A stretch of 64,000 bases of DNA from Octopus sinensis (taxonomy: Eukaryota): NCBI RefSeq assembly GCF_006345805.1, contig NC_043020.1, forward strand, positions 8,928,001 to 8,992,000, read 5' to 3'. Shown in pieces: positions 40,045 to 53,485 of the stretch; position 1 is the first letter of the stretch; each line of letters starts with the position of its first letter. Made by a program: the position numbers and the translations under genes. Below the pieces are notes generated by a model. It was not told the origin of the DNA and did no database searches. It worked only from the letters and a program-made list of their open reading frames with translations.

Positions 40045-40691
40045 CATGCTGGAGCACCGCCTTTAGTCGAGCAAATCGAACCCCGGGACTTATTCTTTGT
40101 AAGCCCAGTACTTATTCTATCGGTCTCATGCTGGAGCACCGCCTTTAGTCGAGCAAATCGAACCCCGGGACTTTCTTTGTAAGCCCAGTACTTATTCTAT
40201 CGGTCTCATGCTGGAGCACCGCCTTTAGTCGAGCAAATCGAACCCCGGGACTTATTCTTTGTAAGCCCAGTACTTATTCTATCGGTCTCATGCTGGAGCA
40301 CCGCCTTTAGTCGAGCAAATCGAACCCCGGGACTTATTCTTTGTAAGCCCAGTACTTATTCTATCGGTCTCATGCTGGAGCACCGCCTTTAGTCGAGCAA
40401 ATCGACCCCGGGACTTATTCTTGTAAGCCCAGTACTTATTCTATTGGTCTCATGCGGAGCACAGCCTTAGTCGAGCAAATCGACCCCGGGACTTATTCTT
40501 TGTAAGCCCAGTACTTATTCTATCGGTCTCATGCTGGAGCACCGCCTTTAGTCGAGCAAATCGACCCCGGGACTTATTCTTTGTAAGCCCAGTACTTATT
40601 CTATCGGTCTCATGCTGGAGCACCGCCTTTAGTCGAGCAAATCGACCCCGGGACTTATTCTTTGTAAGCCCAGTACTTATTCTATCGGTCT
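40045..40691. repeat. Minisatellite: 8 copies of a 79-82 bp SINE-2 tail segment
   Basis: Units start at 40045, 40127, 40207, 40289, 40371, 40451, 40530 and 40611. Confidence 0.95.
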
Positions 40692-40797
40692 CTTTTTGCC
40701 AAACCGCTAAGTGACGGGGACGTAAACACGCCAGCATCGGTTGTCAAGTGATGTTGGGGGGACAAACACAGACACACAAACATATACACACACATGC

Positions 40798-40830
<33 letters not shown>

Positions 40831-41203
40831 TACGACAGACTTCTTTCAGTTTCCGTCTACCAAATCCACTCACAAGGCTTTGGTCAGCCCGAGGCTATAG
40901 CAGAAGACACTTGCCCAAGATGCCACGCAGTGGGACTGAACCCGGAACTATGTGGTTAGTAAACAAGCTACTTACCACACAGCCACTCCTATTGATGTTT
41001 CATTCATAATTCATTGGTCAGTAGGACTGAAGGGGTCAATATCCACATCACATGTATGCTGGACATTACCTTATTTAACCACAATTTACAGAAGATTTTT
41101 ACATCCACACAATATATCTTTCCCATCTCTCTCTTTGCCAAAAATGTTTCTCCTTTACTTTCCATAGAGTAAATGATAGGGTGTAGTTAACGGACCTTAT
41201 TTA

Positions 41204-41253
41204 CTTTATACTGAAGAGATTCAGTTATATCAAAATAGTAGCTGTATACGAAG
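41204..41253 (+). ncRNA. Decayed hammerhead motif
   Basis: CTTTATA CTGAAGA GAT-n8-ATC AAAA TAG-TAG-CTG TA TACGAAG. GAAA is mutated to AAAA at a former CpG; a SINE starts immediately 3'. Confidence 0.4.
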
Positions 41254-43169
41254 GCGCATGGCTCAGTGGTTAGAGCATCGAGCTTACGATCATGAGGTTG
41301 TGAGCTTGAATCCCGGACCGGGCTGCATGTTGTGTTCTTGAGCAAGGCACTTTATTTCACGTTGCTCCAGTTCACTCAACTGTAGAAATGAGTTGTGACA
41401 TCACAGGTGCCAAGCTGTATCGACCTTTGTCTTTCCCTTGGATAACACTGGTGGCGTGGAGAGGGGAGGCTGGTATGCATGGGCGACTGCTGGCCTTCCA
41501 TAAACAACCTTGCCTGGACTTGTGTCTAGGAGGGTAACTTTCTAGGTGCAATTCCATGGTCATTCATGACCGAAGGGGGTCTTTACCCTTTATATGAATA
41601 TTAAAGCCATCTTAGTTGAAGTGAAAGAACCAAAAAAAAGGAAAAGAAAAGGAAAACTGGTGGCAGGGGTTGTGGTGAGAGGAATATAAAGAACCTCAGT
41701 TCAATTCTAACTTGTCTTGATAGAGAGTACGGTATGAAATAGCAGCCTGATAGTTTAGTCTCCATCCAGCAAGAATATACAAAAATGGTAAAATATACAA
41801 AACTTGTTTGAGGTTAAAACATTAACTGAGGATACACAAAGAAGTATTTTGCATGGCAGGATATTTTGCATGGCGGCGAGCTGGCAGAAACGTTAGCACG
41901 CCGGGCGAAATGCTTAGCGGTATTTCGTCTGCATTACGTTGTGAGTTCAAATTCAGCCAAGGTCGACTTTGCCTTTCATCCTTTCGGGGTCGATAAATTA
42001 AGTACCAGTTACGCACTGGGGTCGATGGAATCGACTTAATACCTATGTCTGTCCTTGTTTGTCCTCTCTGTGTTTAGCCCCGTGTGGGTAGTATAGAAAT
42101 AGGTATTTCGTCTGCTGATACGTTCTGAGTTCAAATTCCACCGAGATCGACTTTGCCTTTCATCCTTTCGGGGTCGATAAATTAAGTACCAGTTACGCAC
42201 TGGGGTCGATGGAATCGACTTAATACCTATGTCTGTCCTTGTTTGTCCCCTCTGTGTTTAGCCCCTTGTGGGTAATAAAGAAATAGAAATAGGTATTTCG
42301 TCTGCGTTACGTTGTGAGTTCAAATTCCGCCGAGGTCGACTTTGCCTTTCATCCTTTCGGGGTCGATAAATCAAGTACCAGTTACGCACTGGGGTCGATG
42401 GAATCGACTTAATACCTATGTCTGTCCTTGTTTGTTCCCTCTATGTTTAGCCCCTTGTGGGTAATAAAGAAATAGGATTGCTCTGCAAATATTTTACTTA
42501 CATCTAAGAAATTTCTTTTTCTCTCTCTCTCTCTCTTTTCTCTTCTGTTAAAGTGTTTAATGATTTAGGATGAAAAGAAAATTTACGTTCATGCTTTCAT
42601 ATCCTTACGCCTCCAGTACAGTTGATATTGTCAACAAGAGAGGAAGAATACACCGCTACAGTGTTATAACAATACAAAACAATAACTCTGAGCACCTTTT
42701 CAAACTCCACCCATCTAACACCCGTGGACATATTTATTTACAAAGTAAGAAAACAGCACAGCTCCCATGACTTCAGGAAACATTTTTTCTCGCTGAGAGT
42801 TGCTGAAGCGTGGAACAAACTGCCGGCATTGGTTGTTAGTTGTCAGAGCACTGCATCCTTCAAAACTTCCATGCTTTCTGAGATTCGCCAACACTACACC
42901 TGATTTTCTCCCCTCCATACACACACAAGCATGTATCTGACTCATACATTGTTCGCTTTCCAGACATTTCTACATTACTGCATATACTTTATATGCACTT
43001 TCTGACAAGTTGTGGTGCACCTGAGCACTGTATACAATAATTTCATTATTATTATTATTATTAAAATAGAAACAGCCGCAGTGACAAACATGTAATGAAC
43101 CAACAATCACTATTTCCAGCACACTAACTCAAACTGTAAACTGTCCCTGGAACATCGAAGACCAAACTA

Positions 43170-43557
43170 TGAACTGCTGACTATTGTCAGACGACTATTA
43201 TTCTCTAGAAAAACATTCTTGCTCACAACATCATAAGCGGAAAGTGTAACCTCTCGAAGGAGCTGTTCTTCACTCCTGCTCCAGAGCGTCGGGTGCGGGG
43301 TCATTCCGAAAAGTTCTATCTGCGACGATTTCATCTCAATCGAAGGAGAGGGGCTTTCTCCGTCCGGGTTGCGGATCCGTGGAATAAGCTGCTGGACGAG
43401 ATGGTGAAGATGCCGACGACCGCTCGGTTCAAAGTCTCCCTTGACCACAAGTGGCCTGAACTCTTTACATGAACACCACCCTGTACATAACTTAATGTCC
43501 CCCTACATGGCCTTGCTTTTTTGAGCCAAAAAATTAACTAACTAACTAACTAACTAA
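43170..43557 (+). mobile_element. Second CR1-like LINE 3' end
   Basis: ILAHNIISGKCNL...RVRGHSEKF...FSVRVADPWNKL...FKVSLDHKW, with a (CTAA)n tail. Confidence 0.7.
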
Positions 43558-44596
43558 CATATGTAGTGGCCCCGTTTATTCTCGTCAGAGGGCGTTGTAC
43601 TCTCACCAAAACGCACACACCAGGGGGATCCAGGAATTTTTTTTTTTTTTTGGAGGGTGTGTTGCCCAAAAGTTTTGAAGAAAATACTATATAAGGTGGG
43701 AATCACAATTCCTAACAAATGGACCCATTTTTATGTATTCTGACTTTGTTGTAGCAGACCGTATGAAACAGTAATGGTATGGAACTGCTGGAAATAAAAT
43801 AACAATTTTATTATATTTACAACGGATCAGCTAGAAAGGGGTTGCCTGGGCAACTAGGACAACACCCCTGCATCCACCACTGCACACACACACACACATA
43901 TTACACTGTGAACTATTTCTCTTCTTCCCTCTGTTTAAGTAACTTTGTAGAATGTTGAATTCAGCTTAATTTATGTCCTCAGTTATATCTTACTGAAGAC
44001 TTCAAAGAAGAATTGCTACCAGTGACTAAAAACATTATGAAATTTATTTTATAACAAAATAAGTTGTGGTGCACCTGAGCACTGTATACAATAATTTCAT
44101 TATTATTATTATATATAAAAGAAGAAAAAAAATGGAAAATTAAAGATTAAAAATTGAATATGCATGTTACTCAACTAAGTTTAACTTAGAAGTGATTCTC
44201 TCCTTTCAATCAGAAACATATCAGAGGCAAACCACATATTCAAATAGAAATATAATGAAATAGCACACAGAGAGCGCAAACCTCCACCAAGGCAACACCA
44301 ATGTCCTCTCAACGATTAGCCAGAGATGATTTTTAAAATGAGAATATCTTAAATAAACTCGATTGCTCTCAGAAATGAGAATACTAAAAATGAACCTGAC
44401 CACTCTCAAAAATTAAGTAAAAAAATAAAAAGAACGGAAAAATAATCCAGAATCCCTGTCTGGTACCGGATCGATCCCAAAATCTAATCAGTTTGTGCCA
44501 GTCATGAGGCCAAACATCCCTGAAAGTTTCATCCAAATCCATCCAGTGGTTCTTGAGATATCTTGTCCACGGACAAACAAACAAACATACATCATC

Positions 44597-45128
44597 ATCA
44601 TCATTGTTCGACTGTGGTCGAGACAATGGAATTTACCATGCTACGCCAGACTTCACAGTCCATCATAGCATTACGGAGGTCCTGTTGCTGGATGCCTGTA
44701 TCCCTGGAGATTACATCAGGGTAGGAGAGTGTGCACCCTCTGGTATTGCGAGTAGATGGCTTCCAGAGGAGAAGAGGAGAAATTACTTCTTTTTCAGCTC
44801 TACAACAATGTCCAGCAAACTGGACTCTCCTACCTTTCACAAGAGATGACACAGGTGGTAGTTTCCCATATATTTGCATTTTGGTTGGATGGCGCTTCCA
44901 CGAGAGATTTTGAGCTCTCATAAGGAGGCGAGTGTAGGTTCCATCCAACCGCCTCTCAAGCTTCTTTGATAACGTCCAGGTTTCTGAGCCATACAGTAGA
45001 ATTGGTTCGACTGTGGCTTTGAAGATTTCAAGTTTGAAGTCTCTACTTAGATTTGATGACCAGATCTTATGCATGTCATTACAGGCTGACCAGGCCATAC
45101 ACAACTGAAACAATACCTCCGCCTTCAT
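44597..45128 (-). mobile_element. RTE-clade LINE 3' end
   Basis: Intact 175-aa C-terminal ORF (ILLYGSETWTL...FAGHCCR) followed by a (TGA)n tail. Confidence 0.85.
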
Positions 45129-46819
45129 TAAGGCAGAGGTAATAATAATTATTTGATAAAAATTATTTGATATATTTTATTCCATTAAACTTAAATGTAA
45201 TTCACTAAACAAAATATAAGAATAAAAAGTGATTCCTGGAAAGACAATTCTCTTTCTTGCAAAATAAATCAAAAACTCATAAACAAATAGCTTCTTTTTA
45301 TCTTATTTCCTCTACAAAACCAAGAACAAAAAGTGTTTAACTATTATATAACCCACAGTGTCAGAATACAACCTTTATTTAATATTAACTCTTCAGCATT
45401 TAAATTGACCATTTCCAGCCCAAATATTCTACCTGTTTCGTGTTCAAACAGACCAGATCTGTCCAGTCGCACCTACCCTGCAACGTCATTCCAAAAAAGA
45501 AAACCAATCACATTATCAAAGTCTTGATGTTACAATACAATACATGATTCACTTGAAACGACACGAATAAACGAATAAATATGCATTGTATTTGGCAGAG
45601 AAATCTGAATACCAAAGGTTTAACCAAACAGGATTCATACATATTTCATAATAGGGAAGCACTCCGTCGGTTACGACGATGAGGGTTCCGGTTGATCCGA
45701 TCAACGGAACAGCCTGCTCGTGAAATTAACGTGTAAGTGGCTGAGCACTCCACAGACACGTGTACCCTTAACGTAGTTCTCGGGGATATTCAGCGTGACA
45801 CAGTGAGTGACAAGGCCGGCCCCTTTGAAATACAGGTACAACAGAAACAGGAAGTAAGAGTGAGAGAAAGTTGTGGCGAAAGAGTACAGCAGGGATCACC
45901 ACCATCCCCTGCCGGAGCCTCATGGAGCTTTAGGTGTTTTCGCTCAATAAACACTCACAACGCCCGGTCTGGGAATTGAAACCGCGATCCTATGACCGCG
46001 AGTCCGCTGCCCTAACTACTGGGCCATTGCGTCTCCTTTCATAATAAATATCTATTAAATACACACAAATTCAGACTGAGCAGACAACAACATACAAAGA
46101 TCACACAACCAGTCCTCAGAGGAACTCAACACAGGAGAGCAAGTATTTCTCTGTAGTAAATTGATGTATAAACATCATAAAGTATCCAGGAGCTTGATTA
46201 TTAATACATCGTTAAATTCCAATAAATTATTAGAATACAATAGAGAGAGAGAGACACTCTTTTACTCTTTTACTCTTTTACTTGTTTCAGTCATTTGACT
46301 GTGGCCATGCTGGAGCACCACCTTTTAGTCGAGCAAATCGATCCCAGAACTTATTCTTTGTAAGCCTAGTACTTATTCTAACGGTCTCTTTTGCCGAACC
46401 GCTAAGTTACGGGGACATAAACACACCAGCATCGGTTGTCAAGCGATGTTGGGGGGACAAACACAGACACACAAACATACACACATACACATACATATAT
46501 ATTTCAGTTTCCATCTACCAAATCCACTCACAAGGCTTTGGTCGGCCCGAGGCTATAGTAGAAGACACTTGCCCAAGATGCCACGCAGTGGGACTGAACC
46601 CGGAACCATGTGGTTCGTAAGCAAGCTACTTACCACACAGCCACTCCTATGCCTACACTGAATACAATTTCACAGAAAGTAATTTTCAAAAACAGATGCA
46701 AACATATCTGTACATTTTAAAGATAATATGGAATTCTGGGATATGTACGAAAGTGTTATCATCTTCTACAATGAAAATGTAACGAAACAAGTGAATAGTT
46801 CTTATTCATAGCTGACCAA

Positions 46820-47049
46820 TTAACCCTTTCGTTACCGTATTTATTTTTGAGATGCTTTGTGTTTCTTTCAATTATTTCAACTATAACAAAGAATTTAGTA
46901 AAACAACTTAGTTATCATTAAGCTAGTGTCAGGAACATTAATCGTGACTAAGGTTTGGTGGAAGATTTTAATTCAGAACTTACGAAAGCAAGACATTTGT
47001 ACTACAGAGCCAGAGCCGGTTTCACCTGGGTTGGTATCAAAAGGGTTAA
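46820..47049 (+). mobile_element. piggyBac-type MITE (~230 bp)
   Basis: TTAA-CCCTTTCGTTACC ... GGTATCAAAAGGG-TTAA; homologous to the opposite-strand copy at 38502-38730. Confidence 0.75.
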
Positions 47050-47924
47050 ACATGTTAGAAGGGTAATATGAACAAAGGACATTATGTATTGTGTCCACTA
47101 CTAATATAACTTTAACCCATTTGTTACTATATTCCAGTTGAAATTACACTGCCTTTGTGCCAATTAGTTTTGAAAATAAGGTAGAATTTAGTAAAATAAC
47201 CTGGTCGTTATTAAGTTGGTATTTAGAACATAAATTAACTTGAAATTCCTATGGAAAGTTTTAATTTAGATTACTTTAACCATTTTGTTAACATAATCCT
47301 GTTGAAATATACTGACTTTGAAATAATAAATAGTAATAATGAAATTATTGTATACAGTGCTCAGGTGCACCACAACTTGTCAGAAAGTGCATATAAAGTA
47401 CATGCAGTAATGTAGAAATGTCTGGAAAGCGAACAACGTATGAGTCAGATACATGCTTGTGTGTGTATGGAGGGGAGAAAATCAAGTGTAGTGTTGGCGA
47501 ATCTCAGGAAGCATGGAAGTTTTGAAGGATGCAGTGCTCCGACAACTAACAACTGATGCCGGCAGTTTGTTTCCTGAAGTAATGTATTTTAGTTTTATTT
47601 TCCTGGAAATAAAAACATGACAAGGACTTTTCTTTGCCCAAAGCAAGAAAAAGAAATTGTACAACCAAACAAATATTATTTGTGAAATTAACTATTTTGA
47701 TGAAACTTTCTTGTAAAGTTGACTTCAAAACATGTTGGAATATTTATCTGAAAATACAGAAACTGGATAACATTTTTATTACATTTCCAATATTGGTAAC
47801 ATTTACTAAAATGAATCTCATTTGAAGAATTGCCATTGTTTGAAATCATCTGATATGAGTCCTCTGAACCCATTTCTTCCGAAACCATAAATTTGCACCA
47901 AATGCCAAGATCTATCATCAAAGC

Positions 47925-48313
47925 AAGTGCTATTGTTGCACAACAATACATGCCCACATACAGATGCCAACAACATTGAAACAATTGAAAAATTAGGATT
48001 CAAGTTGCTGGGACACTCTACAGATGGTCCAGATTTCGCCTCCTCTAAATGTCACCTCTTTGGATGACTTAACCCTTTAGCATTTAAACTGGCTATATCC
48101 GGCCAAAGGTATTCTGCCTGTTTTATGTTCAAACTGGCCAGATCTGGTCTCTCACACCAACTCTACAATATCGTTTTAAAAATTAACAGCTACCTCATCA
48201 AAATCTCATTGCTACAAGATGAAAGTGTTATCATCTTCTAGTAAGTAGCTGTGTGCTTGACTAAAGGCGGTGCTCCAGCATGGCCGCAGTCAAATGACTG
48301 AAACAAGTAAAAG

Positions 48314-48357
<44 letters not shown>

Positions 48358-48731
48358 ACAAAAGTAGATGATAAACAGACAGACAGAGATATAGAAAGAC
48401 TGAGAGAGAGAGAGAGATACATACATACATATTAGTTCAGAACAATACGGATGAAAAAGGATTAATTTTGGCAGAATAATGCGAACACTAAAGGGTTAAA
48501 CATCCTTTATAAGGTCATTGCTTTGCTAGACGTGCAGGAAACAGTGCATAAATGACTCCATGACCAGACGAAAGCATCTGATGGAATAAGCAAGCTCATG
48601 GACTGCTGGTGGAAGTGCATCAAAAAGCAAGGAGAGACTGTGTCAGAAAAATGATGGAACTGTTCAAGCGCTGCATTTGGTTTAATAAATTATAGAAATA
48701 AGTGTGCACACAATTTTTTACCTATCCTCAT
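47925..48731 (+). mobile_element. Mariner 3' fragment interrupted by a piggyBac-type MITE
   Basis: Translates VLLLHNNTCPHT...LGFKLLGHSTDGPDFASSKCHLFG*L, then resumes after 48499 as KHPL*GHCF...QETVHK...DGISKLMDCWWKC. Right TIR-like end ~48700-48731. Confidence 0.7.
48069..48499. mobile_element. piggyBac-type MITE with TTAA TSD
   Basis: TTAA-CCCTTTAG ... CTAAAGGG-TTAA. Contains a SINE tail fragment. A related decayed copy lies at ~45384-45625. Confidence 0.7.
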
Positions 48732-48787
48732 ATATATATATATATATATGTGTGTGTATGTATACAAAGATAGATAGATAGACAGAC

Positions 48788-48819
<32 letters not shown>

Positions 48820-48822
<3 letters not shown>

Positions 48823-49217
48823 GAGTGGCTGTGTGGTAAGTAGCTTGCTAACCAACCACATGGTTCTGGGTTCAGTCCCACTGCGTGGCATCTTGGGCAA
48901 GAGTCTTCTGCTATAGCCTCGGGCCGACCAATGCCTTGTGAGTGGATTTGGTAGACGGAAACTGAAAGAAGCCTGTCGTATATATGTATATGTATGTATG
49001 TGTGTGTTTGTGTGTCTGTGTTTGTCCCCCTAAGCATTGCTTGACAACCGATGTTGGTGTGTTTGCGTTCCCGTCACTTAGCAGTTCGGCAAAAAGAGAC
49101 CAATAGAATAAGTACTGGGCTTACAAAGAATAAGTCCCAGGGTCGATTTGCTCGACTAAAGGCGGTGCTCCAGCATGGCTGCAGTCAAATGACTGAAACA
49201 AGTAAAAGAGTAAAAGA
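48820..49217 (+). mobile_element. tRNA-derived SINE, family 2 (CORE-like, internal microsatellite); most abundant repeat
   Basis: GGAGTGGCTGTGTGGTAAG...GGTTCAGTCCCAC...TTGGGCAAGTG...(TA/TG)n...GAAACAAGTAAAAGAG. Copies include 8750-9127, 20572-20990, 36930-37318, 37380-37860, 40015-40990, 46270-46647, 52925-53345, 54548-54960, 58215-58629, 60987-61378, 63345-64000. Confidence 0.9.
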
Positions 49218-49495
49218 GATACAAATCTGCATATATACTGATTCCAGTCATATACATATATACATGCAGAAATACCCTGTTGATGTTGTTGAAATTTGAA
49301 TGAAGACACTGCTTCTCTATTTGCAAGAAATCTTGAAATAAACTGAATAACGACATACATACATATATGTCTGCATGGAGGTATATCAATATATATATAT
49401 ATATATATATATGAAATGAATTATATATCAGAAAAGAAGCATACACTAAAGAATCGAGTGGTAATTATTATAAGAAAAATTAAAATTTTGGACAT

Positions 49496-49556
49496 AAAGT
49501 TACTAAAGGTTTCATATCCACATAGCCGAAACCCTGTGGACAGCTCGTCAAACTCT
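49496..49556 (-). ncRNA. Hammerhead motif (left arm of palindrome)
   Basis: Minus strand: AGAGT TTGACGA GC-TGTCCACA...TGTGGATA-T GAAA CCTTTAG TA ACTTT; C3U without compensation. Confidence 0.45.
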
Positions 49557-49582
49557 TATACAAAGACAAAAAATATATTTAT

Positions 49583-49646
49583 ATAGAGTCTGACGATTGT
49601 CCACAAGGCTTTGGCTTTGTGGATACGAAACCTTTGTTAACTCTAT
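49583..49646 (+). ncRNA. Hammerhead motif (right arm of palindrome; same family as 32935)
   Basis: ATAGAGT CTGACGA T-TGTCCACA...TGTGGATA-C GAAA CCTTTGT TA ACTCTAT. Perfect 7-bp stem I; stem III decayed. Confidence 0.55.
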
Positions 49647-49688
49647 GTCCAAAATTTTAATTTTTGTTATATATATATTATATATATA

Positions 49689-50075
49689 ACTAGCAGTATC
49701 GCCCGGCGTTGCTCGGGTTTGTAAGGGAAATAACTATATAAGCATTTTTAGAGAGTTATAGCCAAAAAATAGCAAAATAATGGGAAAAAAATGATGGTAA
49801 ATTTTTTTTTAAATCGTTGACTCATCGTAGACATTTTTAGAGAGTTACTTCCCTTATATTAAAAAAATATGCATTAAAATGGAAAAAAATGATGGTAAAT
49901 TATTTTTAAAATCGTAGACTCATCGTAGACGTGCGCTAATACCCAGAAGCGCTCGATATGAATCACGACTATAAGATACCCGGTTTTGGTTAAACTGCAC
50001 CGCAAAATGTGGGAGTAGTTAGGAATCTAAATCGGAGTAGACAGACACACAACCTTACTTTTATATATATATATA
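49689..50075 (+). mobile_element. DINE-1/HINE-like (Helentron-derived) non-autonomous element
   Basis: Starts ACTAGCAGTATCGCCCGGCGTTGCTCGGG (short subterminal hairpin), ends ACAGAC...TTTATATAT. Related copies at 52381-52685 (+), ~33177-33545 (+), ~60316-60771 (-). Confidence 0.55.
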
Positions 50076-51515
50076 TAACAGCACGATATATATATATATT
50101 ATATTATATATTATATATATAATGTGCGTAACATTTTCAAATAAATGTTACAAAAAAAGAAAGTTTATCTACAGGAGTCGCGTCCCTTGTCAGAAGTTAT
50201 CAAAACGGTTGCTTCCACTTCATAACTACAATCACGTATGCTTTTCAGTTAATCATATTTTCTCAGCGCTTTGACGATTTTTTTCAGTTGAAAAAAATAA
50301 ATCCTATTAGAGTTGTCCCCCTTGCCTGTATTAGCGGGAAATGTGTTCAAGAGAGATTTAATCCTGTTATAACGATTAAAAAATATCTAAAGCGCCGGTT
50401 AACACGTAAATTTCAATAATTATAGAAAAAAATATATTGGATCTTTTCAATCTGACAAGATTTTTTAATTATTTTTTTTAGCTAAACACTTTGAAACTTT
50501 GGATACCGGTAGAATGTATCACATAGAACAGGGTTTACTCTTAACATCTTTGACAAAATTTTGTATTTTAGAAGCTATTTCGTGTTAAAGTTGTCGTATT
50601 GGGTAATTTTAAGGTGACGAGCTGGCAGAAGCGTCAGCACGCCGGGCAAAATGCTTTGCGGTATTTCGTCTGCCGTTACGTTGTGAGTTCAAATTCCGCC
50701 GAGGTCGACTTTGCCTTTCATCCTTTCGGATGAATTAAGCACCAGTTACGCACTGGGGTCGTGTAATCGACTTAATACCTATGTCTGTCTTTGTTTGTCC
50801 CCTCTGTGTTTAGCCCCTTGTGGGTAATAAAGAAATACGTGTTGGGTAATTTTAACCAATCAATGACGAGTATTCAGCTGAAGAAAACTACTGCAGCTGT
50901 TTACGAATAACAACTTACGGGTCCATTGAGAAAACCCAAACAAAACCCTTCTTTAATAACCAGAGATATTTTTATAGCAACATAGGTTTGCTGTTTCAGG
51001 GTTGATTTGAGGCTAAATAACAATAAAATTATTACTGAGACAGATCAACGATGGAGCCTCTATATGGTTGCATGACCTGCTAGAAAAAGTAGCCAAACTT
51101 TTTTTGGTTTATGTACAGAATAGAAAAACCTCTGACACATTCAATCAGTATCCGAAGTTTAAACTGTTTAGTTAAAAAAGATTTAGCCATAATATGTACC
51201 GAGTTCCCATAACATTTTCTATTTATTTCATACGAAAATCTGAATAAATTATGCTAATCAAGGGAATTCTAATATTTGGAATATGGATACTTTCTATCTT
51301 TTGTTCTTTCAACTTTTCTTTAACTTTGGCTGCTTCATCATTCAGTGAAGAATTGTTGTTTTAGCCACGGGATAGCTCTGATTGTAATGGATCTGAGAGA
51401 AAAGGCATTCCAGCCATGACCATTTTGTCTTATTCTTTTCTAGAAGTAATTAATTCCTAAGCAAACATTATAAAATAATATAAACTTGCATCATTATTAT
51501 TATTATTATTATTAC

Positions 51516-51564
<49 letters not shown>

Positions 51565-51567
51565 ATA

Positions 51568-51603
<36 letters not shown>

Positions 51604-52292
51604 TATTATTATATTATCATTATTATTTTCATTATCATTATCATTATCATTAATCATTATCATTATCATTATCATTGTTATTATTATTATTTTGAAGACA
51701 GAAATTTCATTTTTCTTTTTGTCAGGAAGATTTGGTTGCTCTTTCTAGCAACTTGAGCGACCAGGTAAAGGCTCTCTCGTTGCCTCATCTCGTTCCCTTT
51801 GTCACTTGTTGTCTAGTCCCAAGTTGGATCTGACTGAACAGATATGATCAAAGACGTCCCAACTGTGACCATTCCGTCTTTCTCCCCAGACATAATGGAC
51901 TCTGCGTGTATATCACAGGTTAGAGGTTTTTTTTCTATTCTATATATAAAAAAAGGGTTAATGTTTACATCTTGACCCGGACCCGGAAATGAAAATCAAA
52001 AATGAATAAATAAATAAATACTGGAATGGGTGTAAAACAATGTGTAGGAAACGAATATGAACAAAAAAGAAAAAGAAAAAATGTGTCCAAAGCAATGGGA
52101 AGGTGGGGAGGGGACTTCGGAAAATTTACAAGATCCCAGCTTTTCCCTCGTAACTTTTAGGAAAACGGAGTTTTTTTCAGTGAAATTTTATAGAAATACC
52201 TTTGTCCAAGGTACCATGCAGTGTGACTGAACCTGCAACCATGTGGTTGAGAAGCAAGCTTCTTACCACACAGTCACACCTGTATGTGTATG

Positions 52293-52325
<33 letters not shown>

Positions 52326-53485
52326 GTACTCATGCACACATATATACACACACACACACATGCACATATTTTATAATATAACTAGCAGTATCACCCGGCG
52401 TTGTTTGGGTTTGTAAGGGAAATAACTATATAAGCATTTTTAGAGAGTTACTTCCCGTATATAAACCGAGCGAAAATGCATTAAAAATACGGAAAAATTA
52501 TGGTAAATTTTTTTAAAATCGTAGACTCATCGTAGACGCGCGCTAATACCCAGAAGGGCTCGATATGAATCACGACTATAAGATACCCGGTTTTGGTTAA
52601 ACTGCACCGCAAAATGTGGGAGTAGTTAGGAATCTAAATCGGTGTAGACAGACACACACACAACTACATTTTTATATATAAAGATAAGTAAAAATGATGT
52701 CAAAAAGATGTATAATATAAAAGCAATGTTCAGTAAGTGCTTGAACCAGATTGGATGCCTAAAACTTAATAATGTGTGAAAGGATACAGAAATGAGTAGA
52801 AATAAATGATGGCAACAGACAATGGAGCTGTTGAGCTGTTGTAGGTGTAATAACATATGGACAGGTGGTTGGAAGGCATCAAATCATTTATAGCATTTTT
52901 ATGCAGAAAATAGGAGAAAATTATATAAAGGCACAGGAGTAGCTGTGTGGTAAGTAGCTTGTTTACCAATCACATGGTTCTGGGTTCAGTCCCACTGCGT
53001 GGCACCTTGGGTGAGTGTCTTCTACTATAGCCTCGGGCCGACCAAAGCCTTGTGAGTGGATTTGGTAGACGGAAACTGAAAGAAGCCCGTCGTATATATG
53101 TATATATATATACATATATGCGTGTATGTGTTTGTGTGTCTGTGTTTGTCCCCCTAGCATTGCTTGACAACCGATGCTGGTGTGTTTATGTCCCCGTTAC
53201 TTAGCGGTTCGGCAAAAGAGACCGATAGAATAAGTACTGGGCTTACAAAAGAATAAGTCCCGGGGTCGAGTTGCTCGATTAAAGGCGGTGCTCCAGCTTG
53301 GCCGCAGTCAAATGACTGAAACAAGTAAAAGAGTAAAGAGTAAATGAAGGAGGAAACCATGAAAATCCAACAACTGAAAGTTTTTGTTGGTTCCTCGTAG
53401 ATGGATATCAATCCTGGGAGTTTATAGGGTAAAGTCATCGATGAGACAGAAGTGAATTCAAGTTGTCCTTTGTGTTCGTTCGATC

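Noticed and set aside
40045-40691. CRISPR-like array
   Set aside because: Units are contiguous copies with no unique spacers, derive from a SINE tail, and the DNA is eukaryotic.
42570-42770. MKRKFTF ORF as a truncated peptide paralog
   Set aside because: No Cys or hydrophobic core; it reads into a CR1 3' fragment.
47688-47984. Cys-rich minus-strand ORF as a secreted peptide
   Set aside because: It is the antisense of a decayed mariner transposase region.
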